Source of the DNA: an uncultured Actinomycetes bacterium
GTDB lineage: Bacteria; Actinomycetota; Coriobacteriia; Anaerosomatales; PHET01
Direction of reading: 5' to 3'
DNA: 64,000 bases
NCBI GenBank assembly: GCA_947085035.1
Contig: CAMTUW010000006.1
Location: 20,484-84,483, forward strand
Made by a program: the position numbers and the translations under genes. The notes under the pieces are model-generated. The model saw nothing but the letters and a program-made list of their open reading frames with translations, had not been told where the DNA came from and made no database searches. Positions 8,141-18,400 of the stretch are shown here, one piece after another. Within the stretch, counting starts at the first letter, position 1. Each line of letters begins with the position of its first letter.

Positions 8141-8935
8141 ATGGTCGCGCTTTGGGAATCTTTCAAGCACGTCATCTTTCTCTTCCTCCAGCAGATTGAG
8201 CTGTATGTAGGCGACTGGGGGCTGGCCATCATTGTGCTGACGGTGCTCGTGCGCCTCGCGCTGATGCCCTTGACTGTGAAGCAGACCCGCTCGATGTATG
8301 AGCTACAGCGGATCCAGCCGAAGATCAAAGAGATACAGAAGAAGTACGCGAACGACAAAGAGAAGCAGCAGGAAGAGACACTCAAGTTCTATCAGGAGAA
8401 CAAGGTGAACCCCTTTGGGGGGTGTCTCCCGATGTTGCTGCAGATGCCCCTGCTGTTCGCGCTCTACGCTGTTCTCGGGGGAATCGAGAGCAAGCCCGGG
8501 TTGCTCATGAGGTATCTCAGCGAGTCGGGAGAAATCGGGCGCTTCTATTTTCTGATTCCAGATATTGCCAAAACTCCATCCATGGTTTTCAAGGCTGATG
8601 GCGTGATCGCCGCACTCCCCTACGCGATTCTTGTGATCCTGTTCGGGTTGAGTGTGTGGCTTCCCCAAGCATTGATGCCCGGAGAGCGCCAGCAGAAGAT
8701 GATTGGCGCTTATATGGGCGTGATGATGCTGTTCTTTGGTTGGGGTGCCCCCGCCGGAGTCCTGTTGTATTGGGACGTCTCCAGTATTTGGGGGGTTGCT
8801 CAGCAGCAGATAATGATGGCAGGACTCAAGAGGCACGAGCAGGCGGAAGCCGACGCTGCGGCAGCCGCAGCCCAGGTTGCACTCGAAACAAAGAAGGCGG
8901 CTAAGACCAAGAAGTCATCAAAGACTGGTAAGTAG
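8141..8935 (+). CDS. yidC: Membrane protein insertase YidC (short Gram-positive type)
   Basis: 264 aa, multi-TM with a Lys-rich C-terminal tail. Conserved PLTVKQTRSM and GCLPMLLQMP motifs. rnpA-yidD-yidC synteny. Confidence 0.9.
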   Translation: MVALWESFKHVIFLFLQQIELYVGDWGLAIIVLTVLVRLALMPLTVKQTRSMYELQRIQPKIKEIQKKYANDKEKQQEETLKFYQENKVNPFGGCLPMLLQMPLLFALYAVLGGIESKPGLLMRYLSESGEIGRFYFLIPDIAKTPSMVFKADGVIAALPYAILVILFGLSVWLPQALMPGERQQKMIGAYMGVMMLFFGWGAPAGVLLYWDVSSIWGVAQQQIMMAGLKRHEQAEADAAAAAAQVALETKKAAKTKKSSKTGK

Positions 8936-8970
8936 ATCATCTGTCGGCGCGTCCAATTGGAGCGTGAACA

Positions 8971-9726
8971 ATGGAGAACGAGTGCACAACTGAGGGTCCG
9001 TCCGTAGAAGAGGCGGTCGACGCCGCACTTGAGCAACTGGGCGTACAGCAGGATGCAGTGGAGTACGAGGTGCTTGAGGCGGCTGCGCACAAGGTGTTCG
9101 GAATGGGCTCTGAGCGGCCGGCCAAAGTAAGGGTCTGGGTGAAGCAGTCACACCTTGATAGCTTGAAAGAGGCCCAGGAAGTGGCCCGCGACGTCCTCGG
9201 AGACGATTTCGGTGACGGAGCATCTCCGAACACGAGGGCCGATGACGAGAGAAGTCTCAGCGACGAGGAGATCGACCAGGTTTCCGATACCGCAGCGACG
9301 GCGCTGCGCGCCATCTTGGGCAATTTCGGCATCGAAGGGTTCTCAATTGAAGAGTATGAGGGTGACGAGGGCGAGATTATTCTCGACGTTGTTGGCGGTG
9401 ATCTTGGACTGTTGATAGGCCGTCATGGCCGCACCCTTGACGCGATTCAGGCGGTGGTAGGCGCCATCACCACCCACTCGTCAGGCTTTCGGTATCCCGT
9501 AGTCGTCGACGTAGAGGGATATCGCCATCGCCGCCGCCAGAAGATCGAGGACATCGCACGAAGAGCCGCTGATCGTGCTGCAAAATACAATCAGGCGGTG
9601 AGCCTGAGGCCGATGACGGCCTACGAGCGTCGCGTAGTCCACGTCGCTCTCCGGAATGATCAGCGAGTTGTGACCGGTAGTGAGGGAGCTGAGCCCAACC
9701 GCCAAGTGGTGGTCAACCCCAAGTAG
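8971..9726 (+). CDS. jag: RNA-binding protein Jag/KhpB (Jag_N, KH, R3H)
   Basis: 251 aa. KH-like GRHGRTLDAIQ and R3H-like ERRVVHVAL motifs. Follows yidC as in most Gram-positives. Confidence 0.85.
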   Translation: MENECTTEGPSVEEAVDAALEQLGVQQDAVEYEVLEAAAHKVFGMGSERPAKVRVWVKQSHLDSLKEAQEVARDVLGDDFGDGASPNTRADDERSLSDEEIDQVSDTAATALRAILGNFGIEGFSIEEYEGDEGEIILDVVGGDLGLLIGRHGRTLDAIQAVVGAITTHSSGFRYPVVVDVEGYRHRRRQKIEDIARRAADRAAKYNQAVSLRPMTAYERRVVHVALRNDQRVVTGSEGAEPNRQVVVNPK

Positions 9727-9825
9727 TACTCCCTCAGTAGAGGATCGTTCTTCAAGGGCACCTGTGGGTGCCCTTACCATTTGAGAGATCAATCCGTACA
9801 CACGCCCATTCGCCCCGCGCGTTGA

Positions 9826-9841
9826 TGTTTCACGTGAAACA
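9826..9841. promoter_or_regulatory. parS centromere-like site (perfect consensus palindrome)
   Basis: TGTTTCACGTGAAACA, a perfect 16-bp palindrome identical to the canonical ParB-binding parS. Confidence 0.85.
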
Positions 9842-9873
9842 TTCGCATCTCGGTTATCATGAAGGCGAAAGGG

Positions 9874-9889
9874 GGTTTCACGTGAAACA
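9874..9889. promoter_or_regulatory. Second parS site (1 mismatch)
   Basis: GGTTTCACGTGAAACA, 48 bp from the first site centre to centre. Confidence 0.75.
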
Positions 9890-10610
9890 TCTGAATCTCA
9901 AGCACCGGGAGCAATTGGCACGATTGCTTCGCGCGGTCGATCTCGAAGTTGACGCTGAGCCGCTGTCAGCGATGCTGCGACACCTGGACTACGTGATCAG
10001 TGTAAACGAGACACTCAACCTGACTGCAATTCGAGACGTGTCGGACGCTGTGCGCCTACATATTCTCGATTCCCTTCTAGCGATTCGCGAGGTTCAGGAG
10101 GCGCCCCCTGGTGCGCTTGTCGACCTAGGAACGGGCGGTGGGTTCCCGGGGGTGGAGCTCGCGCTTGCGACGGGGCGAACAACACTGCTCGTGGACTCCG
10201 TGGGCAAGAAGGCGGCCGTCATACAGCGCTTCCTCGTGCAAGAATCCCTCGACTCGTGGATTTCTGTCAGCACATCGCGCGCCGAGGAGTTAGGGCGAAC
10301 GGAAGCAGGGAAGTTCGCGGTCGTTACTGCGCGCGCTCTCAGCGCACTACCGTCGCTCGTTGAGCTCGCCGCTCCCCTGTTGGTGCGGGATGGCAGGCTG
10401 ATAGCACTCAAAGGGCGTCCTGATGACGAAGAGATCCGCAGAGGAGAGTGCGTCGCCCGGCTTTGCGGGATGGCTCTCGTGTCGAGGCGACGAGTGACAC
10501 TGCCAGATGGTGGTGAGCAGAGGGAGATACTCGTTTTTGCTCGGAGAACAAAACCGCAGATCGCCTTGCCGCGGCGCGTCGGACTGGCTCAGAAACAACC
10601 GCTGGCCTGA
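9882..10610 (+). CDS. rsmG: 16S rRNA (guanine527-N7)-methyltransferase RsmG
   Basis: SAM motif DLGTGGGFPGVELAL. The start is ambiguous. GTG at 9882 has AAGGGGG upstream and gives 242 aa. ATG at 9825 and the track start at 9768 are alternatives. The parS sites lie in or just before the 5' end. Confidence 0.85.
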   Translation: MKHLNLKHREQLARLLRAVDLEVDAEPLSAMLRHLDYVISVNETLNLTAIRDVSDAVRLHILDSLLAIREVQEAPPGALVDLGTGGGFPGVELALATGRTTLLVDSVGKKAAVIQRFLVQESLDSWISVSTSRAEELGRTEAGKFAVVTARALSALPSLVELAAPLLVRDGRLIALKGRPDDEEIRRGECVARLCGMALVSRRRVTLPDGGEQREILVFARRTKPQIALPRRVGLAQKQPLA

Positions 10611-10669
10611 TCGCATCCGGGCGTGGGCGTAAGGTATACTCCTAGGAAGCGACAGATTGAGAGGGGGAT

Positions 10670-11467
10670 TTGACCTTGGACGAACCGTCGTTTTCCCACA
10701 CAGGGCGCGCCCATATACTTGCGGTTGCGAACCAGAAGGGCGGGGTTGGAAAGAGCACAACAGCGGTCAACCTTGCGGCGTGTCTCGGGGAGTTGGGGTG
10801 CAAGGTGCTCCTGATCGACCTGGACCCTCAGGGGAATGCCACCTCGGGTTTTGGACTGAACAAGAACCAACGTGAGCTATGTGTGTACAACGCCCTGCTC
10901 GAAGACACTGAAATAGCCGCCATCATCGAGCCGGTGGAGATTCCGGGTGTATTTGTGGTTCCTGCGACAATCCAGCTTGCAGGTGCAGAGATCGAACTGG
11001 TGTCAGCGATGAGTCGCGAGAATCGACTGAAGACGGTAATAACCTCAATTGTGGATGATTTCCAGTTCATCATCGTGGACTGTCCCCCATCCCTCGGGCT
11101 GCTGACAGTCAATGCGCTGACGGCGGCCGACGGCCTTCTAATCCCAATTCAGTGCGAATTCTACGCGCTTGAAGGACTTTCGAAGCTGCTTGACAGCATG
11201 CGACTGGTGAAGACGCACCTGAACCCGGAGCTCGAGGTCTTCGGTGTTGTGATGACGATGTTTGACTCACGCACGAGGCTCGCTCAGCAAGTGGTTGACG
11301 AGGTGAAGGACTTCTTCGGGGCGAAGATGTTTGATGCGTTGATTCCGCGAACAGTCCGCTTGTCCGAAGCCCCCAGCTTTGGGCAGCCGGTGAATCTTTA
11401 TGACCCATCCGGAAAGGGTGCGCTCGCGTACCGCAGCTTGGCAAAGGAAGTGATGGATCGTGTCTAA
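10670..11467 (+). CDS. parA: Chromosome partitioning ATPase ParA/Soj
   Basis: 265 aa. Deviant Walker A NQKGGVGKSTT. TTG start after GAGAGGGGG. Confidence 0.9.
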   Translation: MTLDEPSFSHTGRAHILAVANQKGGVGKSTTAVNLAACLGELGCKVLLIDLDPQGNATSGFGLNKNQRELCVYNALLEDTEIAAIIEPVEIPGVFVVPATIQLAGAEIELVSAMSRENRLKTVITSIVDDFQFIIVDCPPSLGLLTVNALTAADGLLIPIQCEFYALEGLSKLLDSMRLVKTHLNPELEVFGVVMTMFDSRTRLAQQVVDEVKDFFGAKMFDALIPRTVRLSEAPSFGQPVNLYDPSGKGALAYRSLAKEVMDRV

Positions 11468-12335
11468 GAGAGGCTTGGGCCGCGGGCTGTCCGCACTGAT
11501 CCCCAGCGCTTCACTGGAGTCTCATGCAGGTGAGGAGATCACCGAACTCCCTATTGAGCGCATCTCCCCTAATCCTGACCAACCGAGAACCGATATCAAT
11601 GAGGATTCGATCGAAGAACTCGCTGACTCCATCGGAAAGATTGGATTGTTGCAGCCCATCATCGTTCGACCGATGGGAGAGGGCTATCAAATCATTGCGG
11701 GAGAAAGGCGTTGGAGGGCGAGCCGCAAGGCCGGCCTGACCCACGTTATCGTGCGTGTGATGAACAGCACCGAGGTGGAGTCCCTTGAAATCGCATTGAT
11801 CGAGAACCTTCAACGGGAGGATCTCAATCCGATGGAAGAGGCCAGGGGGTATCGCAAGCTCCTCTCGGAACACCAGATGACCCAAGCCGAATTGGCTGAC
11901 AAGGTTTCGAAGTCTCGATCCACGGTCACCAACGCACTGAGACTGCTCGACTTGCCCGAGCAGGTTCAGCAGTTGGTATACGAGGGACAGATGAGCGCGG
12001 GGCACGCCCGCGCAGTTCTGGCCGTCCCGGATCAGGCGGCGAGACTTCGGCTGGCTACGAAGATCGCGGAGCAGGGGCTGTCAGTTCGGGAAGCCGAGAA
12101 TCTTGCGCGTCTGCTCGCAGCCGGACAGGGCGAGAGAGCGTCACGCCCGGCAACCCCGAAGTCATTCAAGACTGTTGCCAGGCAACTGAGGCGACTGCTT
12201 TCGGCCAATGTCCGTGTCCGGGCTGGCAAGGACAAGAACCGAATAGAGATCGAGTTTCGCAGTGAAGAGGAGCTGGAGCGCATCTATGGGGTTCTTGTCA
12301 GCGGGGTTTCCGAGGGGGGGGCAAACGACCAATGA
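11460..12335 (+). CDS. parB: Chromosome partitioning protein ParB/Spo0J
   Basis: 291 aa. ParB box IAGERRWRA and an HTH segment. Overlaps the parA stop. Confidence 0.9.
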   Translation: MSKRGLGRGLSALIPSASLESHAGEEITELPIERISPNPDQPRTDINEDSIEELADSIGKIGLLQPIIVRPMGEGYQIIAGERRWRASRKAGLTHVIVRVMNSTEVESLEIALIENLQREDLNPMEEARGYRKLLSEHQMTQAELADKVSKSRSTVTNALRLLDLPEQVQQLVYEGQMSAGHARAVLAVPDQAARLRLATKIAEQGLSVREAENLARLLAAGQGERASRPATPKSFKTVARQLRRLLSANVRVRAGKDKNRIEIEFRSEEELERIYGVLVSGVSEGGANDQ

Positions 12336-12625
12336 AGCGGAATACGGAGTATCTCGTCATCGGGCTCCTAGCCGGGGCCGTACTTGGTCTCGCTGCGGGG
12401 GTTCTCTTGGCTCCCTCGAGCGGCACGCGTACCAGGCAGCGCCTCGCAGAAGAGGCCCTGAGGGCCGCCGAGGTCGCACGCGGTATCGCGGATCGCGCCG
12501 AAAGAGCTGCTGAGGTGATAGGCGGCCGGGTTGATCACTATCTCGGGCGCGACGAGGAGGTCGCGTGGCGCAAGGTCAAGGAGATACGCGAGGGGCTTCA
12601 GGGTTACACCCAGACCCAGGGTTGA
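12332..12625 (+). CDS. YtxH-like small membrane-anchored protein
   Basis: 97 aa. N-terminal TM IGLLAGAVLGLAAGVLLAPSSG followed by a charged helical region. ATGA overlap with the parB stop. Confidence 0.6.
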   Translation: MKRNTEYLVIGLLAGAVLGLAAGVLLAPSSGTRTRQRLAEEALRAAEVARGIADRAERAAEVIGGRVDHYLGRDEEVAWRKVKEIREGLQGYTQTQG

Positions 12626-12662
12626 TGTCAGACCGTCGTGTCACCGTGTGTCTCGAGGAGGG

Positions 12663-15407
12663 ATGCACGTGGCGCTTCACCTGATAGTTGGACCTTCCAG
12701 CACCGGCAAGACCGGCATGCTGCACCAGCTCATTCGAGCCGACCTGAAGCACGGACGGTCCACGCTGGTCGTCCCCACCGCACCTGATGCACGGCGAGCG
12801 TCTCGTGAGTTCGCAGCCAAGGGGTGGCTGGGCGTTCGCGTCGTCGTGTACGACGATCTGGTAGAGGAGTTGTGGGGGCTGTACGGCGACGGCCGTCGAT
12901 TCGTCACGGAGGGGGCGAGACTGGTCTTGTTGAGTCGCGCCGTGCGAAGTGCGCGCTCCAGTCTCGATACGCCGGGAGACAGCGGGGGACTCCAAAGGCT
13001 TATGGCAGGGGTCGCGGCACGCCTCGTCGGTCCGATCTCACCGCAAGGTGAGACCGCAGCCGCCGTGGGAGTGATTCTTGGCGCCTACGTGAGCCTCCTG
13101 GAGGGGGAGGGCCTCATCGAGCCGACTACCGCGGCAATGTCACTGTCAGCGAACCCTCCACATCTGGAGGGCCCCCTGCGGGTGAATCGTTTCACGGACT
13201 TCTCGCCGGCGCAGGAACGGTTACTCGTATCACTCGCGGAGTGCACGGACATCGCTGTGGCCCTCACGTGGGAGGAGGATTCGCCGGCGACCGAGGCTGT
13301 CGGAGCGCTCGTGGGACGCCTGCAAAAGGCGGGAGCGGTTATCGAGGCTGCTGGTGACTCGGCCTACACGGATCCCGGCTTGGAGGCGCTTGCGGTTCAC
13401 CTGTTTCGAGGGGGGGCGCCACTGGAGCAGCCGGAATCGCTCACCATCGGTTCAGCTGTCGGCACTGAGGGGGAGTGTGCCGCCGCCGCGATGCTTGCAA
13501 GACAGGCGATTCAGCGAGGGCAAGGGACGGTCGTCGTTACCTTCAGGGACGTCGTGTCCCGGATCGGTCCGCTGCTGACCGCTTTCACTGCGGAGGGTGT
13601 GCGTGTGCAAGTGGATCTGGCTGTTCCCTTCGGGAGCACGCCGTTCGGGCGGGCGTTCTTGGCGCTTCTTGACGCATGCTCTCATCGGGGAGATACGCGG
13701 GAGCGGATGATGGCGTTCCTGCTGTCGCCCTACAGCGGGGTCGAGGCTGATTTGGTCATGCGGCTCGACACCGAGTGGAGACGCGAGCGGCCATCAGGCA
13801 ATCTGATTATCCGTGCGGTTGTTCGCCTGGGCGGGGGGGCTGCGCGTGCGGTTGAGGAGGGGTGTCGACTGGGCGCAACCAGATTCAATCGGCAAGGGGC
13901 CCTGAAATGGAAGAAAGTAGCAGATTGTCTCCTGACGGCGGCGTTCAAGATGGAGCACGCGGGACTTCACGCGCCTCAAGACTCCGCGGCTCACCGCTCG
14001 GTACTCGACGTCCTTTCAAGCCTCGAGCAGGTGGAGAGCTACGACGTATCTGAGCGCGACATCGTCAGGGCTTTGGAGACATCCAGAGTCTCAATCGGCG
14101 AACCAGGCGAGACCGGAGACGTCCTAGTCACAGAAATGGAGCGGATTCGGGGACGAAGATTCGATACAGTCATCGTCGGCGGACTCACTGCGGCCGAGTT
14201 TCCAGCGCAGCGACCACGCGGGCTCGGGGCGGTGATCCTCGAGTCCCTGGGGCAGCCAGTGGGCCCCGAGAACGCGTTGGTGGAGAGAGCCTTGTTCCAC
14301 GCAACGCTCACTCGTGCGCGCTCGCACCTCGTCCTCGTGAGCCAGAGCGTCGACGATCGAGGAGATGCCCTGCGCCCCTCCGCGTTTCTGGAGGAAGTCC
14401 TCGCAGTGTATGGCCAAAGCAGTGCGGATCGCGCTGCAACGGGGCCCGTGTTCGACGCGAATCGCTGGGAGCAGCGGAGCGAGGCGACCCGGTTCGCCCC
14501 TAGAATCCCACCTAGGGGCGCGTTGTTTCACGAGGACGTGTTGGCCGATCTCGGTGATGAACGGGAATACAGCGTTTCCGAGATCGAGACGTATGTCGCA
14601 TGTCCTTATCGCTGGTATTACGATCGTGTAGTGCGACCTGAGAGCACCGACCGAGAGTTCGCGACGCGTGAGAAGGGCAGTCTCGCGCATACGATCATTG
14701 CGCAGTTCTATGCACGATGGGGTGCCGCCGGAGCGAGGCGGGTCGAGTGCGGTGGGATTGATCATGCGCTCGAGGTGCTTGGTGAAGTCGCCCAGGAGGT
14801 GGTTGAAGAGGCGCGGCGCGGTGCGCGCGGACTCTCTGAGCGGCTCGCCACACAAGACGCCCTGCTCTGGGCGCGCGCCGTGGTCAGAGACGACGCCGAG
14901 TTCCTCCCCGGGTATGTGCCGGTACACCATGAGTGGGCGTTCGGGGATACCGCGGGCAGGCCGATCAGACTTGGGGGCGTGAGACTCAAGGGTTCTATTG
15001 ATCGCGTCGACATCGGAACCGCGGGGGTCGTGGTCACCGACTACAAATCCTCGGCCAGCCTGAGCGGAGCCGCCACTTTCGAGAAGAAGGGTCTCATCCA
15101 GGTGCCCCTGTACCTCGCCGCCGCGATGACGGCGCTGGGCACCGAGCCCGTGGGCTGCCTCTACCGCTCGCTGAAGGACCTCTCGGTGAGAGGCGCCTGG
15201 CGACAGGATGTTGTTGCGCCCGGTCGGGGCTGGAGTCGGTCGGATTCCACGGACGCTGAGGGGATTCGTGCGGTCATCGCCGCAGCGGTCTCGAAAGTCG
15301 AGGAGGCCGTGGAGGGCATGAGGTGCGGACGCATCCAGCCACTCCCCATAGCGGCGAGCGCATGTGAGTACTGTGGCGCCCGGAATTTTTGCAGGGAGGG
15401 GAGCTGA
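12663..15407 (+). CDS. addB: Helicase-nuclease complex subunit B (AddB/RexB-type, PD-(D/E)XK nuclease with a Cys4 iron-staple signature)
   Basis: ATG at 12663 after GAGGAGGG (track ORF over-extended to 12531). P-loop GPSSTGKTG. C-terminal nuclease motif GSIDRVD...DYK. Cysteines YVACPYRW ... CEYCGARNFC. Confidence 0.8.
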   Translation: MHVALHLIVGPSSTGKTGMLHQLIRADLKHGRSTLVVPTAPDARRASREFAAKGWLGVRVVVYDDLVEELWGLYGDGRRFVTEGARLVLLSRAVRSARSSLDTPGDSGGLQRLMAGVAARLVGPISPQGETAAAVGVILGAYVSLLEGEGLIEPTTAAMSLSANPPHLEGPLRVNRFTDFSPAQERLLVSLAECTDIAVALTWEEDSPATEAVGALVGRLQKAGAVIEAAGDSAYTDPGLEALAVHLFRGGAPLEQPESLTIGSAVGTEGECAAAAMLARQAIQRGQGTVVVTFRDVVSRIGPLLTAFTAEGVRVQVDLAVPFGSTPFGRAFLALLDACSHRGDTRERMMAFLLSPYSGVEADLVMRLDTEWRRERPSGNLIIRAVVRLGGGAARAVEEGCRLGATRFNRQGALKWKKVADCLLTAAFKMEHAGLHAPQDSAAHRSVLDVLSSLEQVESYDVSERDIVRALETSRVSIGEPGETGDVLVTEMERIRGRRFDTVIVGGLTAAEFPAQRPRGLGAVILESLGQPVGPENALVERALFHATLTRARSHLVLVSQSVDDRGDALRPSAFLEEVLAVYGQSSADRAATGPVFDANRWEQRSEATRFAPRIPPRGALFHEDVLADLGDEREYSVSEIETYVACPYRWYYDRVVRPESTDREFATREKGSLAHTIIAQFYARWGAAGARRVECGGIDHALEVLGEVAQEVVEEARRGARGLSERLATQDALLWARAVVRDDAEFLPGYVPVHHEWAFGDTAGRPIRLGGVRLKGSIDRVDIGTAGVVVTDYKSSASLSGAATFEKKGLIQVPLYLAAAMTALGTEPVGCLYRSLKDLSVRGAWRQDVVAPGRGWSRSDSTDAEGIRAVIAAAVSKVEEAVEGMRCGRIQPLPIAASACEYCGARNFCREGS

Positions 15408-18400
15408 GTGTCTCCAGAACTCAATTCCGAACAAGCTGCCGCCGTCGAGGCACTTGCCGGACCGATCCTCATTCAAGCGGGAGCGGGAACCGGAAAGACC
15501 AAGACCCTCACGGAACGCTTCGTCCGCGCACTCGAGGACTCGGTTGAAGAGGAGTGGAGCGCGGCGCGGGTCAACGAGGTGCTGACCATCACGTTCACAG
15601 ACAAGGCTGCGGGCGAGTTGTCGGAAAGAGTCCGCAAATCACTTCGGGAGAGAGGCCGTTTCGCTGATGCGTTGGCGACCGACAGCGGCTGGATCTCGAC
15701 GATTCACGGATTGTGCTCCCGGATTCTTCGGCGTCATGCGCTCGAGGCAGGGCTTGACCCGGAGTTTCGCATCATCGATGCGGTTGACGACTGGCGTCTC
15801 AAAGAGGAGGCGTTCGAAGAAGCGGCGTCTTGCGAGATCGAGACAGCGTCTGAAGGATTCCTTCTCAGCGAGATCGGGTTCACCGAGCTGTTCCATGTTG
15901 TTGATCGCGTCGTTCGGGCTATGCGGATGCGCGGACTGACCGCAGCCGATCTTGTGAGTGAGGAGACGTCCGATCCGCGCGAGATCGCTGCGCAGGTTAT
16001 CGAGTCGTTTGGCTCGGCGGCGGCTAGAATCGAGTCCTGCGGAGTTGGCGGCAAGAATGCAGCATCGTTGAGCGAAAAGTGTCGTGGGACAGTCTGTTCG
16101 CTCGAACAGTTGGACAGTGACGGAGTTGAGGATGCGGACCTCGCGCGCGGGGTGTGGGAGGCCCTTGAGGAGTGGAAGCCCGGCGGCCGAGCCGCGGGGG
16201 CGGCGGAAGCCGTCCGAGTGGAGATCAAAGAAGAGCGAGCGCGGCTTCAGCTGACTGTCGCAGCCTGCGTGGCACATCCATACGAGCAGGCGTTCGTCAG
16301 CCTCGTCAATCGGTACGCCGCGAACTACGCGCGGTACAAGGCCGAACGTTCGCTTCTGGACTTCGATGACCTGCAAGCACGGACCGCCGATCTTCTGATG
16401 AGGCGGCCTGATGTCTTGCAGGAATACCGCGAGATGTTCCGGCTCGTCATGGTCGACGAGTTCCAGGACACTGATGGGCTGCAGCTCTCCATCGTCAACG
16501 CGCTTTCCGGAAACGATCTTTGCACGGTGGGCGATGAGCACCAGTCCATCTATCGATTCCGCGGAGCGGACGTGGATGTGTACCGCGCCCACAACGAGCA
16601 GATGGAAATCAAAGGGGGGCGCAGGTTCGAGTTGACCACGAACTATCGCTCGCACAGCGCCGTTCTCGATTTCATCAATCGTCTCTTCTCGGCGAGCGAA
16701 TCCTCAGATGGGGAGGTCCTTGACCTCAAACATGGGCGTGCGGAACCGGAGCTCTCCGTGCTTCCTGAGAGCGAGCCACGGGTCGACTTGCTCGTGATTG
16801 ACGCATCGGACGCGAGTGCCGCAGAGCTGAGAGCGCAAGAGGCGCGCGGGGTGGCGCAGCGCTTCGTGCGCCTCCGTGACGAGTTCGGAGTCGATCCGTC
16901 CGGCATGGTGGTGTTGATGCGCGCGTATACGCACGCCCAGATTTACGCACGCGCGCTGAGGGCCTGCGGCTTCGACGTGGTGGTTGCGGGCGGCGGACGC
17001 CTGTTGACGAGGCCGGAAGTCAAAGGGATACGAGCCCTTATTCGTACCATCGCCAATCCCGCCGACGAGATGGCGCTTTGCGAGGTGCTGGCGTCCGACA
17101 TCGGGCGGATGAGCGATGACGGGCTCTGGAGACTGACGCGAGACCCGAAGGACGCTCGGCGGGAGGGCGTATGGACGACCCTCGGGCGCGCGGAAGAGAT
17201 CCTTGACGGCGAGGATCGCGCAAACGCGGTGCGGACGCGGCAGTTACTGCAAGACGCCAGGGCGGAAGTGGGCAGGGAGCCGCTCGGTGACGTCATCTTG
17301 AGAGCAGTCGAGGCGTCGCGCTACGACCTGGTGCTGCTCGCAAGTGGCACAGAAGGACAACACGCCTTCGCGAACGTGCGCAAACTCGTGCGTATGGCAC
17401 ATGAGTACGAGGCAGCGGGGGGAGCCGGCCCTGCGGGGTTTGCGGCCTATCTCGACGACAGGGAACGTTTTGGCGAGCACACCGTGTTGGGTGTCGTTGT
17501 CGAAGAAGGGTCTCGAGCGGTGCGAATCATGAGTGTGCACGCCTCCAAAGGGCTCGAGTTCCCTGTCGTCGCGGTGGTCGAGACCGGCGCTACCAGACGC
17601 GTGAATCAAGACGTCTTGCGCGCAGGAGTTGGACCTGACGGGTTGTTGAAGTTCGCGATCAAGCCCCCACTGCGTGCTCGAAACACGAAGTCGGGGAACC
17701 GCTCCGCTACATTCAGTGAGCTCGACAGCGTCGAGAAGATCGCAGATGACGAGGAGTCGAAGCGCCTCTTCTATGTTGCATGCACGCGCGCCCAAGAAGT
17801 GCTCATCGTCTCCGGGACTGCCGACTGTGAATCCGCGCCCTCTGAGGGCACCCTGACGATGATGAGCGGAGTCCGAGTCGCGCTGGGGGCGACTCTCTTC
17901 GAGTCCGCTCGCGGGCAAGGAGTCACCACGATCCATTTCGGTGAGCATCCGATTCGGCTCGAGGTGGCTCAAGGCGCCGCCGAGGAGGAGAACTTCGATG
18001 ACGGGGCGGCTGCCGAGAGCCCTCCGGCGGCAGGGTGCACCTCCGAGTGTTTCGTCGCGCCGTCCAAGAACGTGTGCGACGCCCCACAGGAGCGCGCCAT
18101 TCGCCACCTCGCGCCGGAGCGGCTGTCCTACAGCGACATCGTGCTGTTCGACTCCTGCGAACTGAGGTTTCATGCCGAGCGGGTGCTTCGAGTGGGACGA
18201 CTCGCGTGGTCGGACGGTGTCGATCCGGCCCGCTTCGGCTCTGCAGTGCATCTCGCGCTGCAGCTTTCGAGCGCCGGACGGGTGCCCGACGCTGATCGAA
18301 TGCAGGCGATCTCGCAGCGATTCGATCTTGGAGCGGTTGAAACATCGGCTCTGGGAGCGGCCGTCGAGACGTTCGTCAGTTCCGAGACGGCGCACGCGCT

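Noticed and set aside
14124-15476. 450-aa minus-strand ORF, and similarly 15639..16655, 17244..18395, 19235..20464 (+), 31584..32684, 32859..33788, 58582..59634 (+), 28678..29517, 21206..22054
   Set aside because: All lie antisense to genes with strong family signatures (addB/addA, rlmN/rbr, dinG, cca, feoB, cytochrome). All have the Arg-rich, motif-free composition expected from the absence of stops in a GC-rich reverse frame.
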